A DNA stretch of 64,000 nucleotides, taken from NCBI GenBank assembly GCA_965277405.1, contig OZ255726.1, positions 192,001-256,000 on the forward strand, read 5' to 3'. Position numbers and translations under genes: made by a program. The stretch comes from Gammaproteobacteria bacterium. GTDB lineage: Bacteria; Pseudomonadota; Gammaproteobacteria; G965277405. A model generated the notes under the pieces. It ran no database searches. It saw nothing but the letters and a program-made list of their open reading frames with translations, and was not told where the DNA came from. This document shows, one piece after another, positions 1-9,726 of this stretch (the stretch's first letter is position 1; each line of letters begins with the position of its first letter).

Positions 1-396
1 GCTCAACCAAAATCCAAATATTTCGCCAAAGTTAGCTCTCAAAGCGGCAATGATACTTCTTTCTACCTCTTGGGATGGACACCAAGCTCAATGGACGTTC
101 ATAACGCTCTTTATAATTTGATGTCTTCATTTGATACCGAAAAGAATACCGGCCAGTTCAACTATGGGCACTACTCTAATCCACGTATTGATGAGATTAC
201 TGGAAACGTCGAAAAAGAAACTGATCAGACCAAACGTCAAACCATGGTCGCCGAAGCTTTCTCAATCTTGCAGCAAGATGTCGGCTATCTTCCTCTACAT
301 CAACAGCCTCTGTCTTGGGGTGTTCGTGACGGTGTAACCCTAGGTCAACGTGCAGATAACGTTCTTGACTTACGTTATGTTGTAATTGGCAAATAA
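1..396 (+). CDS. ABC peptide transporter substrate-binding protein (DppA/OppA family), C-terminal part; 5' end outside window
   Basis: Frame open from window start; NYGHYSNPRIDE...YLPLHQQP typical of family 5 SBP C-terminus; precedes permeases. Confidence 0.85.
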   Translation, partial: AQPKSKYFAKVSSQSGNDTSFYLLGWTPSSMDVHNALYNLMSSFDTEKNTGQFNYGHYSNPRIDEITGNVEKETDQTKRQTMVAEAFSILQQDVGYLPLHQQPLSWGVRDGVTLGQRADNVLDLRYVVIGK

Positions 397-415
397 GTTT
401 GCTGTAATTGCTACA

Positions 416-448
416 GGGGGCTCTTGCTGTTGAGGTCCCCGTTTTTTT
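416..448 (+). terminator. Stem-loop after SBP gene (terminator/attenuator or mRNA stabiliser)
   Basis: GGGGGCTC...GAGGTCCCC imperfect hairpin followed by T-run. Confidence 0.5.
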
Positions 449-458
449 AGGGGTCGAG

Positions 459-1427
459 ATGCTCAAGTTTGTGTCGATGCGGCTATTGCAGTCGCTAGTC
501 GTGATGCTGGTTGTTGGTATGATTGCCTTCGGACTGTTCCGCTTTGTCGGCGATCCAATCAACAATATGGTTGGGCAAGATACGACGCTGGCTGAACGTG
601 AAGCCCTGACAGAATCACTTGGTTTAAATGATCCTTTCCTTGTGCAATATGGACGCTTTATTGCCAAGGCGGTTCAAGGCGATTTCGGAATGTCTTATCG
701 ATTGCGTCAACCCGTCAGTGGTCTGATTGCTGAACGGTTTCCTGCAACGCTGGAACTGTCGCTTATCTCTGCTTTTCTGGCTTTGGCGCTGGGTGTTCCC
801 ATGGGCATCTACACCGCGCTGAAACCAAAATCACTCTTCACCCGAGGGTTTATGATGCTGTCGTTGCTTGGTGTATCCTTGCCAACGTTCCTTATCGGTA
901 TTCTTCTTATTCTTTTCTTCGGTGTCACCCTCCGCTGGTTGCCCACGTTCGGACGTGGCGAAGTTGTAGATCTAGGCTGGTGGACAACGGGTTTCCTGAC
1001 GGTGAGCGGTCTAAAGTCATTGATCCTTCCCGCAATTACGCTCGCAATCTTTCAAATGACATTGATTGTTCGTCTTGTCCGCGCTGAAATGCTGGAAGTG
1101 CTGCGCACAGACTATATCAAGTTTGCTCATGCACGTGGTTTGAGCCCACGTTTGATTAATTTTTCTATCGCACTGCGTAATACACTGGTTCCTGTAATCA
1201 CCATTATTGGGTTGCAAATTGGTTCGATTATCGCTTTTGCGATTATTACCGAGAGTGTTTTTCAGTGGCCTGGTATGGGTCTGTTGTTCATTCAGGCGGT
1301 ATTTGAAGTCGATATTCCAGTAATGGCTGCATATTTATTGTTGATTGCTTTTGTTTTTGTAGTGATCAATTTGATCGTCGACATCCTCTATTTTGTTATT
1401 GATCCACGTTTGCGGGTACAGAGCTAA
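459..1427 (+). CDS. ABC peptide transporter permease (DppB-like)
   Basis: DYIKFAHARGL EAA-like loop, ESVFQWPGMG, IDPR end; ATG at 459 preferred over ORF start 408. Confidence 0.9.
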   Translation: MLKFVSMRLLQSLVVMLVVGMIAFGLFRFVGDPINNMVGQDTTLAEREALTESLGLNDPFLVQYGRFIAKAVQGDFGMSYRLRQPVSGLIAERFPATLELSLISAFLALALGVPMGIYTALKPKSLFTRGFMMLSLLGVSLPTFLIGILLILFFGVTLRWLPTFGRGEVVDLGWWTTGFLTVSGLKSLILPAITLAIFQMTLIVRLVRAEMLEVLRTDYIKFAHARGLSPRLINFSIALRNTLVPVITIIGLQIGSIIAFAIITESVFQWPGMGLLFIQAVFEVDIPVMAAYLLLIAFVFVVINLIVDILYFVIDPRLRVQS

Positions 1428-1435
1428 TAAGTGGT

Positions 1436-2362
1436 ATGACTAACGAAAGACCATCCTTGCTGACGCGTTTGCGCGCAAGCGATCTATGGTGGAGCTTTAA
1501 AGGGTCTCCAGGGGCAATTACCGCAGCTATTCTGACTTTCCTGATGATTTTCGGGGCCGTATTCGCGAACTTCGTCGCCCCACATAATCCCTTTGATCTC
1601 GCCACGGTAGATCTTTTCGATGCGCTGTTACCACCAGCTTGGGAAGAAGAAGGCAAGGCCTCTTTTCTACTGGGGACAGATGATCAGGGCAGGGATGTTT
1701 TCTCTACCATCCTGTATGGTTCGCGTATTTCATTGATCGTTGGCTTTGCCTCCGTTGGGTTTGCGGCGATGCTTGGGATCGCAGTTGGCCTTGTATCTGG
1801 CTATGCAGGTGGGGTCGTTGATGCTTTGCTGATGCGTATTGCAGATGTACAACTTTCGTTTCCTGCAATCCTTATCGCCTTGCTTATTGATGGTGTCGCC
1901 CGGGGAATTATGCCGCGTGAAACCCATAATCAACTTGCGGTGTATGTTTTGGTCGTTGCGATTGGCCTTAGTTTCTGGGTGCAGTACGCGCGGACGGTTC
2001 GTAGTTCAGTTATGGTTGAGCGTAATAAAGAGTACGTTCAGGCTGGACAGGTCATCGGACTTCCTGATTGGATCATTCTTGTGCGTCACATTTTGCCAAA
2101 CGTTATGGGGCCAGTACTGGTTATTGCGACGATCCAATTGGCGCTGGCTGTGATAACAGAGGCAACTCTCTCCTTTCTCGGGGTTGGCGTGCCGTCGACA
2201 TCACCATCGCTTGGCACCTTGATCCGTATCGGTAATGATTACCTGTTCTCTGGTGAATGGTGGATAACCATCTTCCCAGGTGCTGCGTTAGTTATCCTGG
2301 TACTTTCCGTTAACATTCTGGGTGACTGGCTCCGTGATGCCTTGAACCCAAAATTACGCTAA
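1436..2362 (+). CDS. ABC peptide transporter permease (DppC-like)
   Basis: LGTDDQGRD, RHILPN, LSFLGVG, GDWLRDALNP motifs. Confidence 0.9.
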   Translation: MTNERPSLLTRLRASDLWWSFKGSPGAITAAILTFLMIFGAVFANFVAPHNPFDLATVDLFDALLPPAWEEEGKASFLLGTDDQGRDVFSTILYGSRISLIVGFASVGFAAMLGIAVGLVSGYAGGVVDALLMRIADVQLSFPAILIALLIDGVARGIMPRETHNQLAVYVLVVAIGLSFWVQYARTVRSSVMVERNKEYVQAGQVIGLPDWIILVRHILPNVMGPVLVIATIQLALAVITEATLSFLGVGVPSTSPSLGTLIRIGNDYLFSGEWWITIFPGAALVILVLSVNILGDWLRDALNPKLR

Positions 2363-2376
2363 AAGAGGATGATGTC

Positions 2377-4107
2377 ATGAGTAAAACATTGCTCGATATC
2401 AAGAATCTTGTTGTTGAGTTTCCCTCGCGACATGGCAACATCATCGCGGTTAAAGATGTTAGCCTGTCTGTCGCCAGTGGTGAAATTCTTGGCGTCGTTG
2501 GTGAGTCCAGCGCGGGCAAATCGACCATTGGCAACGCGGTTATGGGGATTTTAGAACACCCAGGTCGTGTTACGGGCGGAGAAGTTTTTCTCGAAGAAGA
2601 AAAAATCAGTGGTAAATCGCAGGTCGAAATGCGTAAAATACGCGGTAAACGTATTGGGATGATCTTTCAAGATCCACTGACCTCACTTAATCCTTTGCAG
2701 ACCATCGGCAAGCAATTGATGGCGACCATCCAGACTCATCTTGGGTTATCGAATGCTGATGCACGGCAGCGGACAATTTCCCTGCTTGATCAAGTGGGGA
2801 TACCTAATCCGTTGGCACGTGTGGATCACTATCCACATCAATTCTCGGGCGGGATGCGCCAACGCGTGGTTATTGCTTTGGCGTTGTGTGCCGGACCGCA
2901 TGTCATTCTTGCTGATGAGCCAACAACTGCGCTTGATGTTTCTATTCAGGCGCAGATTCTGGAACTTCTTAAAAAGTTGGTCGAGGAAAAGGGTGTTGGT
3001 ATGATCATCATTACCCATGATATGGGGGTGATTGCCGCAGTTGCTGATCGGATTGCCGTTATGTATCGAGGTGCTGTGGTCGAGACTGGCCCGACCGCTA
3101 AAATTCTGGGCGACCCTGACCATCCATACTCCCGAATCCTGATATCTGCAGTGCCGCGTCCTGATATGCGTCTGCACCGTTTTCCAATGGTCGAAAGTAT
3201 TGAGGCCGCAGGTGAGCGCAACAATTTGGATCTATCGACCCATTGGCTGGGTAAAGCGCGTGACTTTGGTAGCACCGACGGACCTTTGCTCAAAGTCGCT
3301 AACCTAGAGATGGTTTTTAAGTCAGGTGGCATATTTGGTAGTGGCAACAGCATCGTGCGTGCAGTCGATGATGTCAGCTTTGATATACGCGAAGGCGAAT
3401 GTTTTGGTATCGTTGGCGAGTCAGGTTCTGGTAAGTCGACCATCGCTCGTTTGCTAACCTCAATCTATAAAGCAGCTGGAGGCTCGATTAACTTTGCGGG
3501 GACTGACCTTACTAAGGTCAAAAAACGTAAAGAGCTGAATGTCCATCGTCGCCAGATGCAGATGATTTTTCAAGATCCTTTCTCGTCAGTCAACCCACGT
3601 ATGAAGGTCCGCGATATCATCGCAGAGCCAATCCGTTTTCATAAGTTGGCGAGTTCTGCAGCTGAAACGCTGGAAATCGTGGCTGACCTACTCGACCACG
3701 TAGGACTTGGTGCAACAGCTGCGGTAAAATATCCGCACGAATTCTCTGGTGGTCAGCGTCAGCGTATTTCAATTGCCCGAGCCCTTGCTACACGACCGCG
3801 CTTTCTAATTTGTGATGAACCGACGTCAGCGCTTGATGTATCTATTCAGGCGCAGATCCTGAACCTACTCAAAGATCTGCAGGATGAGCTTGGTCTGACT
3901 ATGATGTTTATCAGTCACGATCTACCAGTTATCCGCCAGATGTGTGATCGTGTCGGGGTGATGTCCAAGGGGAAAATGGTCGAAATAGCCAAGGCCGAAG
4001 AGCTTTTTGTGGCGCCTAAGCACGGCTATAGCAAACATCTTATTAGTTTGATGCCAAGCTACACTGGTCTGATGCATCAACAGCCAGAACCAGCTGCAGC
4101 AAGCTGA
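2377..4107 (+). CDS. ABC peptide transporter ATP-binding protein, fused DppD/DppF double ATPase
   Basis: Two Walker A (GESSAGKS, GESGSGKS), two signatures (FSGGMRQR, FSGGQRQR), two DEPT. Confidence 0.92.
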   Translation: MSKTLLDIKNLVVEFPSRHGNIIAVKDVSLSVASGEILGVVGESSAGKSTIGNAVMGILEHPGRVTGGEVFLEEEKISGKSQVEMRKIRGKRIGMIFQDPLTSLNPLQTIGKQLMATIQTHLGLSNADARQRTISLLDQVGIPNPLARVDHYPHQFSGGMRQRVVIALALCAGPHVILADEPTTALDVSIQAQILELLKKLVEEKGVGMIIITHDMGVIAAVADRIAVMYRGAVVETGPTAKILGDPDHPYSRILISAVPRPDMRLHRFPMVESIEAAGERNNLDLSTHWLGKARDFGSTDGPLLKVANLEMVFKSGGIFGSGNSIVRAVDDVSFDIREGECFGIVGESGSGKSTIARLLTSIYKAAGGSINFAGTDLTKVKKRKELNVHRRQMQMIFQDPFSSVNPRMKVRDIIAEPIRFHKLASSAAETLEIVADLLDHVGLGATAAVKYPHEFSGGQRQRISIARALATRPRFLICDEPTSALDVSIQAQILNLLKDLQDELGLTMMFISHDLPVIRQMCDRVGVMSKGKMVEIAKAEELFVAPKHGYSKHLISLMPSYTGLMHQQPEPAAAS

Positions 4108-4295
4108 GGTTTTGTGGTAATAACCAAATAACAAATGGTCCTGCATTCTGTTGAATATAATTTTACTTTGCGGCAATTGCCGGCAAACTCGCACGTTAAC
4201 TTCGCAACAGCGCAAGTGTTATTTTGTCCCAATGAATTGGCTAACTACCTTGTAATTATTGCAGATTTACCTGAGCGTATGCAGTTTTAGTTCAA

Positions 4296-5189
4296 ATGCT
4301 AAACGGAATGACAGCAACCATAATTGACGGTAAAAAATTAGCGCAACACAAACTGCATAAAATCAGTATGCAAGTACAAGCTTTCAAAAAAAAATACCAC
4401 ACGTCTCCAGGTTTAGCTGTGGTATTGGTGGGTAAAAACCCTGCCAGCAATGTGTACGTACGCAATAAAGAGCGCACTGCAAACGCTTGTGGTATGCGTT
4501 CATTCAGCCATAAGTTTGATGCCAATATTAGTGAAGCAGCTATTGTGGATCTTATCGTAGAACTCAACGCAGACGACAGCGTTGATGGCATATTGGTGCA
4601 GCTACCATTGCCAGCACACATTGCTCCTGCTCGAATTATCAATACCATTAACCCTGCAAAAGATGTTGACGGTTTTCACGTCAACAATACAGGCAAACTC
4701 AGCGCCCAAATTGCAGGCCTTGTCCCTTGCACCCCGTTGGGCTGCCTTGAGCTTATCCAAAGCGTAGCTTGCGATATTGCCGGGCTACACGCTGTGGTGA
4801 TAGGTCGATCAAATATTGTGGGTAGGCCAATGGCGCAATTATTACTCAATGCTTCTGCCACAGTGACCATTGTGCATTCACGAACCATCGATATCCAAAA
4901 GCATTGTCAGCAAGGCGATATTATTGTCGCCGCAGTCGGGATTGCGCACTTTGTTAAAGAAGATTGGCTAAAACCTGGAGTAATAGTCATCGATGTCGGC
5001 ATCAACACAGTTGAAGACGAGCATGGTAGCCACTTGGTTGGCGATGTCGATTACCCAGCAGCAAAACAAGTTGCAGGCGCAATCACCCCAGTTCCAGGGG
5101 GAGTTGGACCAATGACAATTGCGACCTTACTCGCTAATACATTAGCAGCGGCGAATGCCCATAAGGATGCTCAACAAGCTGCGCTGTGA
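4296..5189 (+). CDS. folD: Bifunctional methylenetetrahydrofolate dehydrogenase/cyclohydrolase
   Basis: KDVDGFH, PCTP, GRSNIVGRP, TPVPGGVGPMT. Confidence 0.97.
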   Translation: MLNGMTATIIDGKKLAQHKLHKISMQVQAFKKKYHTSPGLAVVLVGKNPASNVYVRNKERTANACGMRSFSHKFDANISEAAIVDLIVELNADDSVDGILVQLPLPAHIAPARIINTINPAKDVDGFHVNNTGKLSAQIAGLVPCTPLGCLELIQSVACDIAGLHAVVIGRSNIVGRPMAQLLLNASATVTIVHSRTIDIQKHCQQGDIIVAAVGIAHFVKEDWLKPGVIVIDVGINTVEDEHGSHLVGDVDYPAAKQVAGAITPVPGGVGPMTIATLLANTLAAANAHKDAQQAAL

Positions 5190-6088
5190 ATACATTTGCT
5201 GCGACTCACACCCAACGGAATATTGTTAAAGGCGAGTTAGTACTACTTCTTTGCGCAATGATTTGGGGGTTTTCTTTTGTCGTACAACGCGATGCTGCAC
5301 AAGATTTTCCTCCATTTTTATTAACGAGTATTCGTTTTTTCATTGGCACACTCGCCCTGCTCCCTTTTGCTTGGAGGCATTTTCGCGCAACTACACAACA
5401 TACTAGTCAACGCTGTATTGTTACCTGCGGTATCGTGCTCGGCGGCGCTTTAATGCTAGGAAATGGCTTGCAACAATGGGGACTTGCGTATACAACTGTA
5501 GGCAAGTCTGGATTTCTCACCAGCACATATGTAGTCATAACCCCTTTTTTTGGTTATTTTATTGGCTATACCATCAAATCTTCGCATTATACCAGCTGTA
5601 TGGTGGCGTTAGTAGGGATGTATTTGTTGACGATGACCGATACATTTGCTCTCGAATTCGGTGATGCGCTAACATTGCTGTGTGCGGTATTTTGGGCTAT
5701 TCACATTTTAGCTGTTGCATTTTATCTTAAAACCATCCACCCATTCGTATGTGCAGTGCTGCAATGTTGTTGTTGCGCCATACTGTCGCTGATTATTAGC
5801 GTATTAACCGAATTACCCGACTGGAATACTTCATTATTTACGTTTTGGCCCAACATCCTATTTCTTGGTGTTGTCGGCACTGCAATTGCGTATAGCTTGC
5901 AGTTATTTGGTCAGCGCTACGCACTCCCCGTTGCTGCGGTATTAGTGATGAGCCTTGAATCGGTTTTTGCGGCAATCAGTGGTGTATATATTCTAGATGA
6001 AGTATTAACGTCGAATATGTTAATCGGCGCAGGGCTGATGTTCGCAGCCAACATCATCGCCCAAGTTGCCTCAACCCGTTCAAAATAG
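5186..6088 (+). CDS. DMT/EamA family transporter
   Basis: Ten hydrophobic segments; IWGFSFV, LESVFA motifs. Confidence 0.85.
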   Translation: MNTFAATHTQRNIVKGELVLLLCAMIWGFSFVVQRDAAQDFPPFLLTSIRFFIGTLALLPFAWRHFRATTQHTSQRCIVTCGIVLGGALMLGNGLQQWGLAYTTVGKSGFLTSTYVVITPFFGYFIGYTIKSSHYTSCMVALVGMYLLTMTDTFALEFGDALTLLCAVFWAIHILAVAFYLKTIHPFVCAVLQCCCCAILSLIISVLTELPDWNTSLFTFWPNILFLGVVGTAIAYSLQLFGQRYALPVAAVLVMSLESVFAAISGVYILDEVLTSNMLIGAGLMFAANIIAQVASTRSK

Positions 6089-6200
6089 CAATAGCAGATT
6101 ATTGCAATCCACCGCTAGTTAAAATTATTACGCATAATGCCAACACAACTATTTGAATTACGCAATACGTCGCGCTAACGATTGACATCCACCCATCATA

Positions 6201-6354
6201 TATTCAGTAGATGGACGGGAAAAAAGCGGTACTGCGTCATTGCAGCACTTGGTAATACCGACAAGTCCCCACCAGTGTTAGCTGCGCACTGCGTTTAAGT
6301 TTAATCGAGCGATTTAGCTCCGTCTCGCCCATCATGGACTTAATCAGAGCTTCC
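6201..6354 (-). mobile_element. IS5-type MITE, partial copy; its terminal repeat supplies the coaE stop codon
   Basis: CGTCTCGCCCATCATGGACTTAATCAGAGCTTCC end matches the other copies; left boundary approximate. Confidence 0.85.
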
Positions 6355-6961
6355 TTAGATATACGGTGTGCAAGTTTTCCATCTGCGCAGTAAACTGTTG
6401 CATCGACTTCGTATTGACAATCACATCATCAGCGCGTTGTATCCGTTGCTGTCGTGGCAACTGCGCTTGAATGACCGTTTCCACAAATGAGCGTTCATTG
6501 TCTCGGGCAATGGCTCGTTGTCGTTGGATTGCTACTTGCGTATCTATAACCAGGGTACGGTCACATAATTGATGCAGCCCAGCTTCAAATAACAAAGGCG
6601 CAACAACTGCAATATACAGTTGGCATGGTTTGACTATTTCTTGCTGTATATATGCCCGTACAGCTGCATGCTGGATATGTGCTAGCATCTTTAACGCGGC
6701 TGGATTTATTGCTGCACATTTGCGCAAATATGCTCTATTTAACGACCCATCTGGGTGTTGGGCTACTGCGCCAAAATAGGCAATGATTTTTTTCCATACT
6801 GGGGTATTGACTGCGGTTATTATGCGGGAAACATCATCAGCATCGATGATGACCACACCATGAGCATCAAGAATTTTTGCAGCTGTTGATTTGCCGCTAG
6901 CAATACCACCCGTGATCCCAACAATCCAATTTTTGCCAGTATTAGGTGTTGGTTGCCGCAT
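6344..6961 (-). CDS. coaE: Dephospho-CoA kinase
   Basis: GITGGIASGKS, IDAD, PLLFE, ADDVIVN; start at 6961 more plausible than 7069. Confidence 0.92.
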   Translation of the reverse strand: MRQPTPNTGKNWIVGITGGIASGKSTAAKILDAHGVVIIDADDVSRIITAVNTPVWKKIIAYFGAVAQHPDGSLNRAYLRKCAAINPAALKMLAHIQHAAVRAYIQQEIVKPCQLYIAVVAPLLFEAGLHQLCDRTLVIDTQVAIQRQRAIARDNERSFVETVIQAQLPRQQRIQRADDVIVNTKSMQQFTAQMENLHTVYLRKL

Positions 6962-7005
6962 CTTCAGACTTACTTGCGGAGCAACTGCAACGTAGCAGCC
7001 ATGGA

Positions 7006-7506
7006 TTAGTGAATTTTTGTTATAAACAACGACAACAACATAACAATAAGATACCCTGCAATTCCACAAAGTATTCCACCTGCAAACCCGCCTACGAATA
7101 AAGGTATGATAACGTGGTTCGATGCTTGAAATAAATCACTAATGCTGTGGATATCTACAAAGTCAACCATGCTTAATTGTTGTCCTAAAATCAGCCCGCC
7201 AAATAAGTACCACAGGTAGAAAATGGGAAGCCAAGTCAACGGATTAGATACCCAAACTCCAATAATTGCTACTGGAATATTCCCTCTAAACCAGACGCAA
7301 CAACACGTGGTGGGGATCATTTGGAAAGGAACTGGAATCATTGCCCAAAACAAACCAATTGCTGCACCAAGCGCAACAGTTCTCCAATGAAACTTCCAAT
7401 AAATTTGATTATGGATAATATGAGAAATAAAACGCAGCGCAGGATGCTGAGCTAATACCTTGGGCGTTGGTATGAGTGAAAGGATGAATTGCTTAATTGA
7501 AGACAT
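7006..7506 (-). CDS. DUF2062-family membrane protein
   Basis: AIGLFWAMIPVPFQMI, WVSNPLT motifs. Confidence 0.8.
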   Translation of the reverse strand: MSSIKQFILSLIPTPKVLAQHPALRFISHIIHNQIYWKFHWRTVALGAAIGLFWAMIPVPFQMIPTTCCCVWFRGNIPVAIIGVWVSNPLTWLPIFYLWYLFGGLILGQQLSMVDFVDIHSISDLFQASNHVIIPLFVGGFAGGILCGIAGYLIVMLLSLFITKIH

Positions 7507-7519
7507 ATAAACTATAAAT

Positions 7520-7596
7520 TGGTGCGCCAGGTAGGACTCGAACCTACAACCCTCGGCTTAGAAGGCCGATGCTCTGTCCAGTTGAGCTACTGACGC
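7520..7596 (-). tRNA. tRNA-Arg (anticodon UCU)
   Basis: GCGTCAGTAGCTCAACTGGACAGAGCATCGGCCTTCTAAGCCGAGGGTTGTAGGTTCGAGTCCTACCTGGCGCACCA; cloverleaf, CCA end. Confidence 0.96.
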
Positions 7597-7689
7597 TAAA
7601 TAAGAATGTCAAAGATAGTAAGACAACAATGGCTAGACCGTTACTTTTTCTTATGTTTTTGCATGGTAGCAATTTAAAACCAAAGCATC

Positions 7690-8017
7690 TAATGGTATAG
7701 CCAAATGCTTGATGCAACAGCTGTATCAAGCATCAAGCGGCGGTATATAGTAAGGATTACCAACGGTGATAGGAGTTACGCTTGCGGTGGATGGCTTTTC
7801 AAATGCCCTTGCTAATGCCACTTTCATGAGCGGATCTATTGTTGTGATACACTAGATCAATGTCGTGACACAATGGGTTCACCCAGATTGCAGCAATAAT
7901 ACACCAATCATCTTGCATATCTGTTGATATCAGCTGCCTTGCAATAGCATCTTGGACACCTCGTGCCACCAGCTTGTGCCGCGCCCCACGTTGCCATACC
8001 GTGTATTTCACCAGCAA
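7690..8017 (-). pseudogene. Possible degenerate recX fragment
   Basis: RHKLVARGVQDAIARQLI...DDWCIIA resembles RecX ELxxKGI...DW segment; frame broken; boundaries approximate. Confidence 0.3.
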
Positions 8018-8105
8018 TTGCTGCTTTGTACAGCAATTAATGTTGCTGGTTTTACCGCAAAATTTGGTGCATGAACGACCATAAAAGGGATACAGCCCTA
8101 CCTAG

Positions 8106-8213
8106 GTGTAAATGCTACGGAGGTTGTTCAGACATCAGCTAACTAAGAAGCTGGTACTCTATTAGTTACTAAACAAAGGAGTACAGCATGAACAACCTCC
8201 GTAGCATTTACAC
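8106..8213. repeat. Perfect 25-bp inverted repeat enclosing a 58-nt structured loop
   Basis: GTGTAAATGCTACGGAGGTTGTTCA (8106-8130) and TGAACAACCTCCGTAGCATTTACAC (8189-8213). Confidence 0.95.
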
Positions 8214-8238
8214 GTAGCAACAATATTTGCAAAAAGGT

Positions 8239-8365
8239 AAAAAAAAACACTCTAGCTTATAATCTGGTGGGCTTGGAAGCGCTACATCCACCGCGGCTAG
8301 AGTGTTTAGCTTTTTGTTATTATTGTAGTCACGTTGTTATTTTGGAAAGGTGACTTACTTGTTGG
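8239..8365 (-). ncRNA. Candidate sigma54-dependent small RNA with A-rich AANAANAA motifs
   Basis: Follows a -24/-12 promoter; AGTCAC/GTGACT hairpin, AATAACAAC and AATAATAACAAAAA tracts, 12-bp closing stem plus U9 tract; no ORF. Confidence 0.55.
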
Positions 8366-8375
8366 GAAATATTCT

Positions 8376-8391
8376 AGCAAAAATCATGCCA
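8376..8391 (-). promoter_or_regulatory. Sigma54 (-24/-12) promoter
   Basis: TGGCATG-ATTT-TTGCT fits TGGCAYG-N4-TTGCW. Confidence 0.7.
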
Positions 8392-8472
8392 ATGAATAGC
8401 CTTTTTTGTATATATTTTTAAATAATTCGCATTATTTTGTAACTCTGCTGCGGATTACACATTATTTATACA

Positions 8473-8864
8473 GTGGTAACAATACTATCAGCCCCACAGG
8501 CGCAGCTAAAACCGCTGTTACAACTCGACACCTATCAGCTCATGAACACTGGGATATTTGCAACTACAAGCGCAAGTATGCGCTTTGTAGTAAGCGGTAT
8601 CTGCCGTTATACAATAGCATCAGCTGTCACAACATATGCTGCTCAAAGTGAATGGATTATCAGTTATAGCGCTGCGTGGTAGCCAACATTGCCGCTGGAT
8701 ACTTACTCAGCACGTCGACACGCGATAATCAAGCAATGGATCCGTGGACTGTGATACGTGACTGTATTGTGCAGCACAACACTGCAACACCAATTACTAG
8801 CTATGATATGGATTTGCTAAATACAACATTGCATAGCAAACAGCAACATGTTGTAGCTGGATAG
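8473..8864 (+). pseudogene. Possible split nucleoside phosphorylase/nucleosidase-like gene
   Basis: Two overlapping short ORFs; ILSAPQAQLKPLL and FVVSGICRYTIASAVT weakly resemble PNP_UDP-family N-terminus. Confidence 0.25.
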
Positions 8865-8865
8865 A

Positions 8866-9726
8866 TTACGGCAGTAAAGTAATGAGGCTTGAGGTATCAC
8901 TGCGGCTATGACCGTTTGCAGCTAACTCGTCGTAATATGTTTTGACAATATCTGTAATTGGCAGCGCGCTATTGCTCTTTTTAGCTTGCTCAATGCAAAT
9001 ATTCAGATCTTTAATCATCCACTCAACTGCAAAGCCATAATCAAATTTACGCTGCAACATTGTCGGTCCTCTATTGATCATTTGCCATGACTGTGCTGCA
9101 CCTTGACTCACCGTATCTAATACGCTAGACCCATCAAGTTCATTATTTTCAGCAAAACGCAATGCTTCAGAAAGTGCCTGAACCAGCCCTGCAATGCAGA
9201 TCTGGTTACACATTTTTGCTAATTGACCGTTCCCACTTTTCCCCATATAAGTAACAGTCGCCCCATACTGCTGCATCACTTGCTGGGCCGATGCAAACGT
9301 GGTGGCAGCACCGCCGACCATGATCGTCAAACTGCCCTGCTCTGCACCTGACTGCCCACCTGAAACTGGTGCGTCTAAAAAAGCAACGTCTTGTGCTGCA
9401 CAGACCTTAGATAGCTCTGTAGCGAGCACTGCAGATGTTGTGGTATGATCAACCAGAATACTGCCAGCTTGCAAGCCTGCAAGCACCCCATCTGCACCGT
9501 ACACAACACTGCGAACGTCGTCATCATTTCCCAAACATAGCGCCACATAGTCGGCGTCTTTAACCGCGGCTTTGGGGGTAGGAGCAAAATCTCCAGCATG
9601 TTGCTCAATCCAATGCTGTGATTTAGTTTGCGTGCGGTTATATACGGTGGTCGTTTTTGCCCATGCGTGCAAATGGCCGGCCATTGGGTATCCCATCACA
9701 CCAAGCCCTAAAAATGCTGTTTTCAT
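8866..9726 (-). CDS. NAD(P)-dependent oxidoreductase, 3-hydroxyisobutyrate dehydrogenase/tartronate semialdehyde reductase family
   Basis: FLGLGVMGYPMA, DAPVSGG, GQLAKMCNQ, KDL. Confidence 0.9.
   Translation of the reverse strand: MKTAFLGLGVMGYPMAGHLHAWAKTTTVYNRTQTKSQHWIEQHAGDFAPTPKAAVKDADYVALCLGNDDDVRSVVYGADGVLAGLQAGSILVDHTTTSAVLATELSKVCAAQDVAFLDAPVSGGQSGAEQGSLTIMVGGAATTFASAQQVMQQYGATVTYMGKSGNGQLAKMCNQICIAGLVQALSEALRFAENNELDGSSVLDTVSQGAAQSWQMINRGPTMLQRKFDYGFAVEWMIKDLNICIEQAKKSNSALPITDIVKTYYDELAANGHSRSDTSSLITLLP

Noticed and set aside
8106-8310. Long inverted repeats as a retron msr-msd or type I TA locus
   Set aside because: No reverse transcriptase and no hydrophobic toxin ORF nearby
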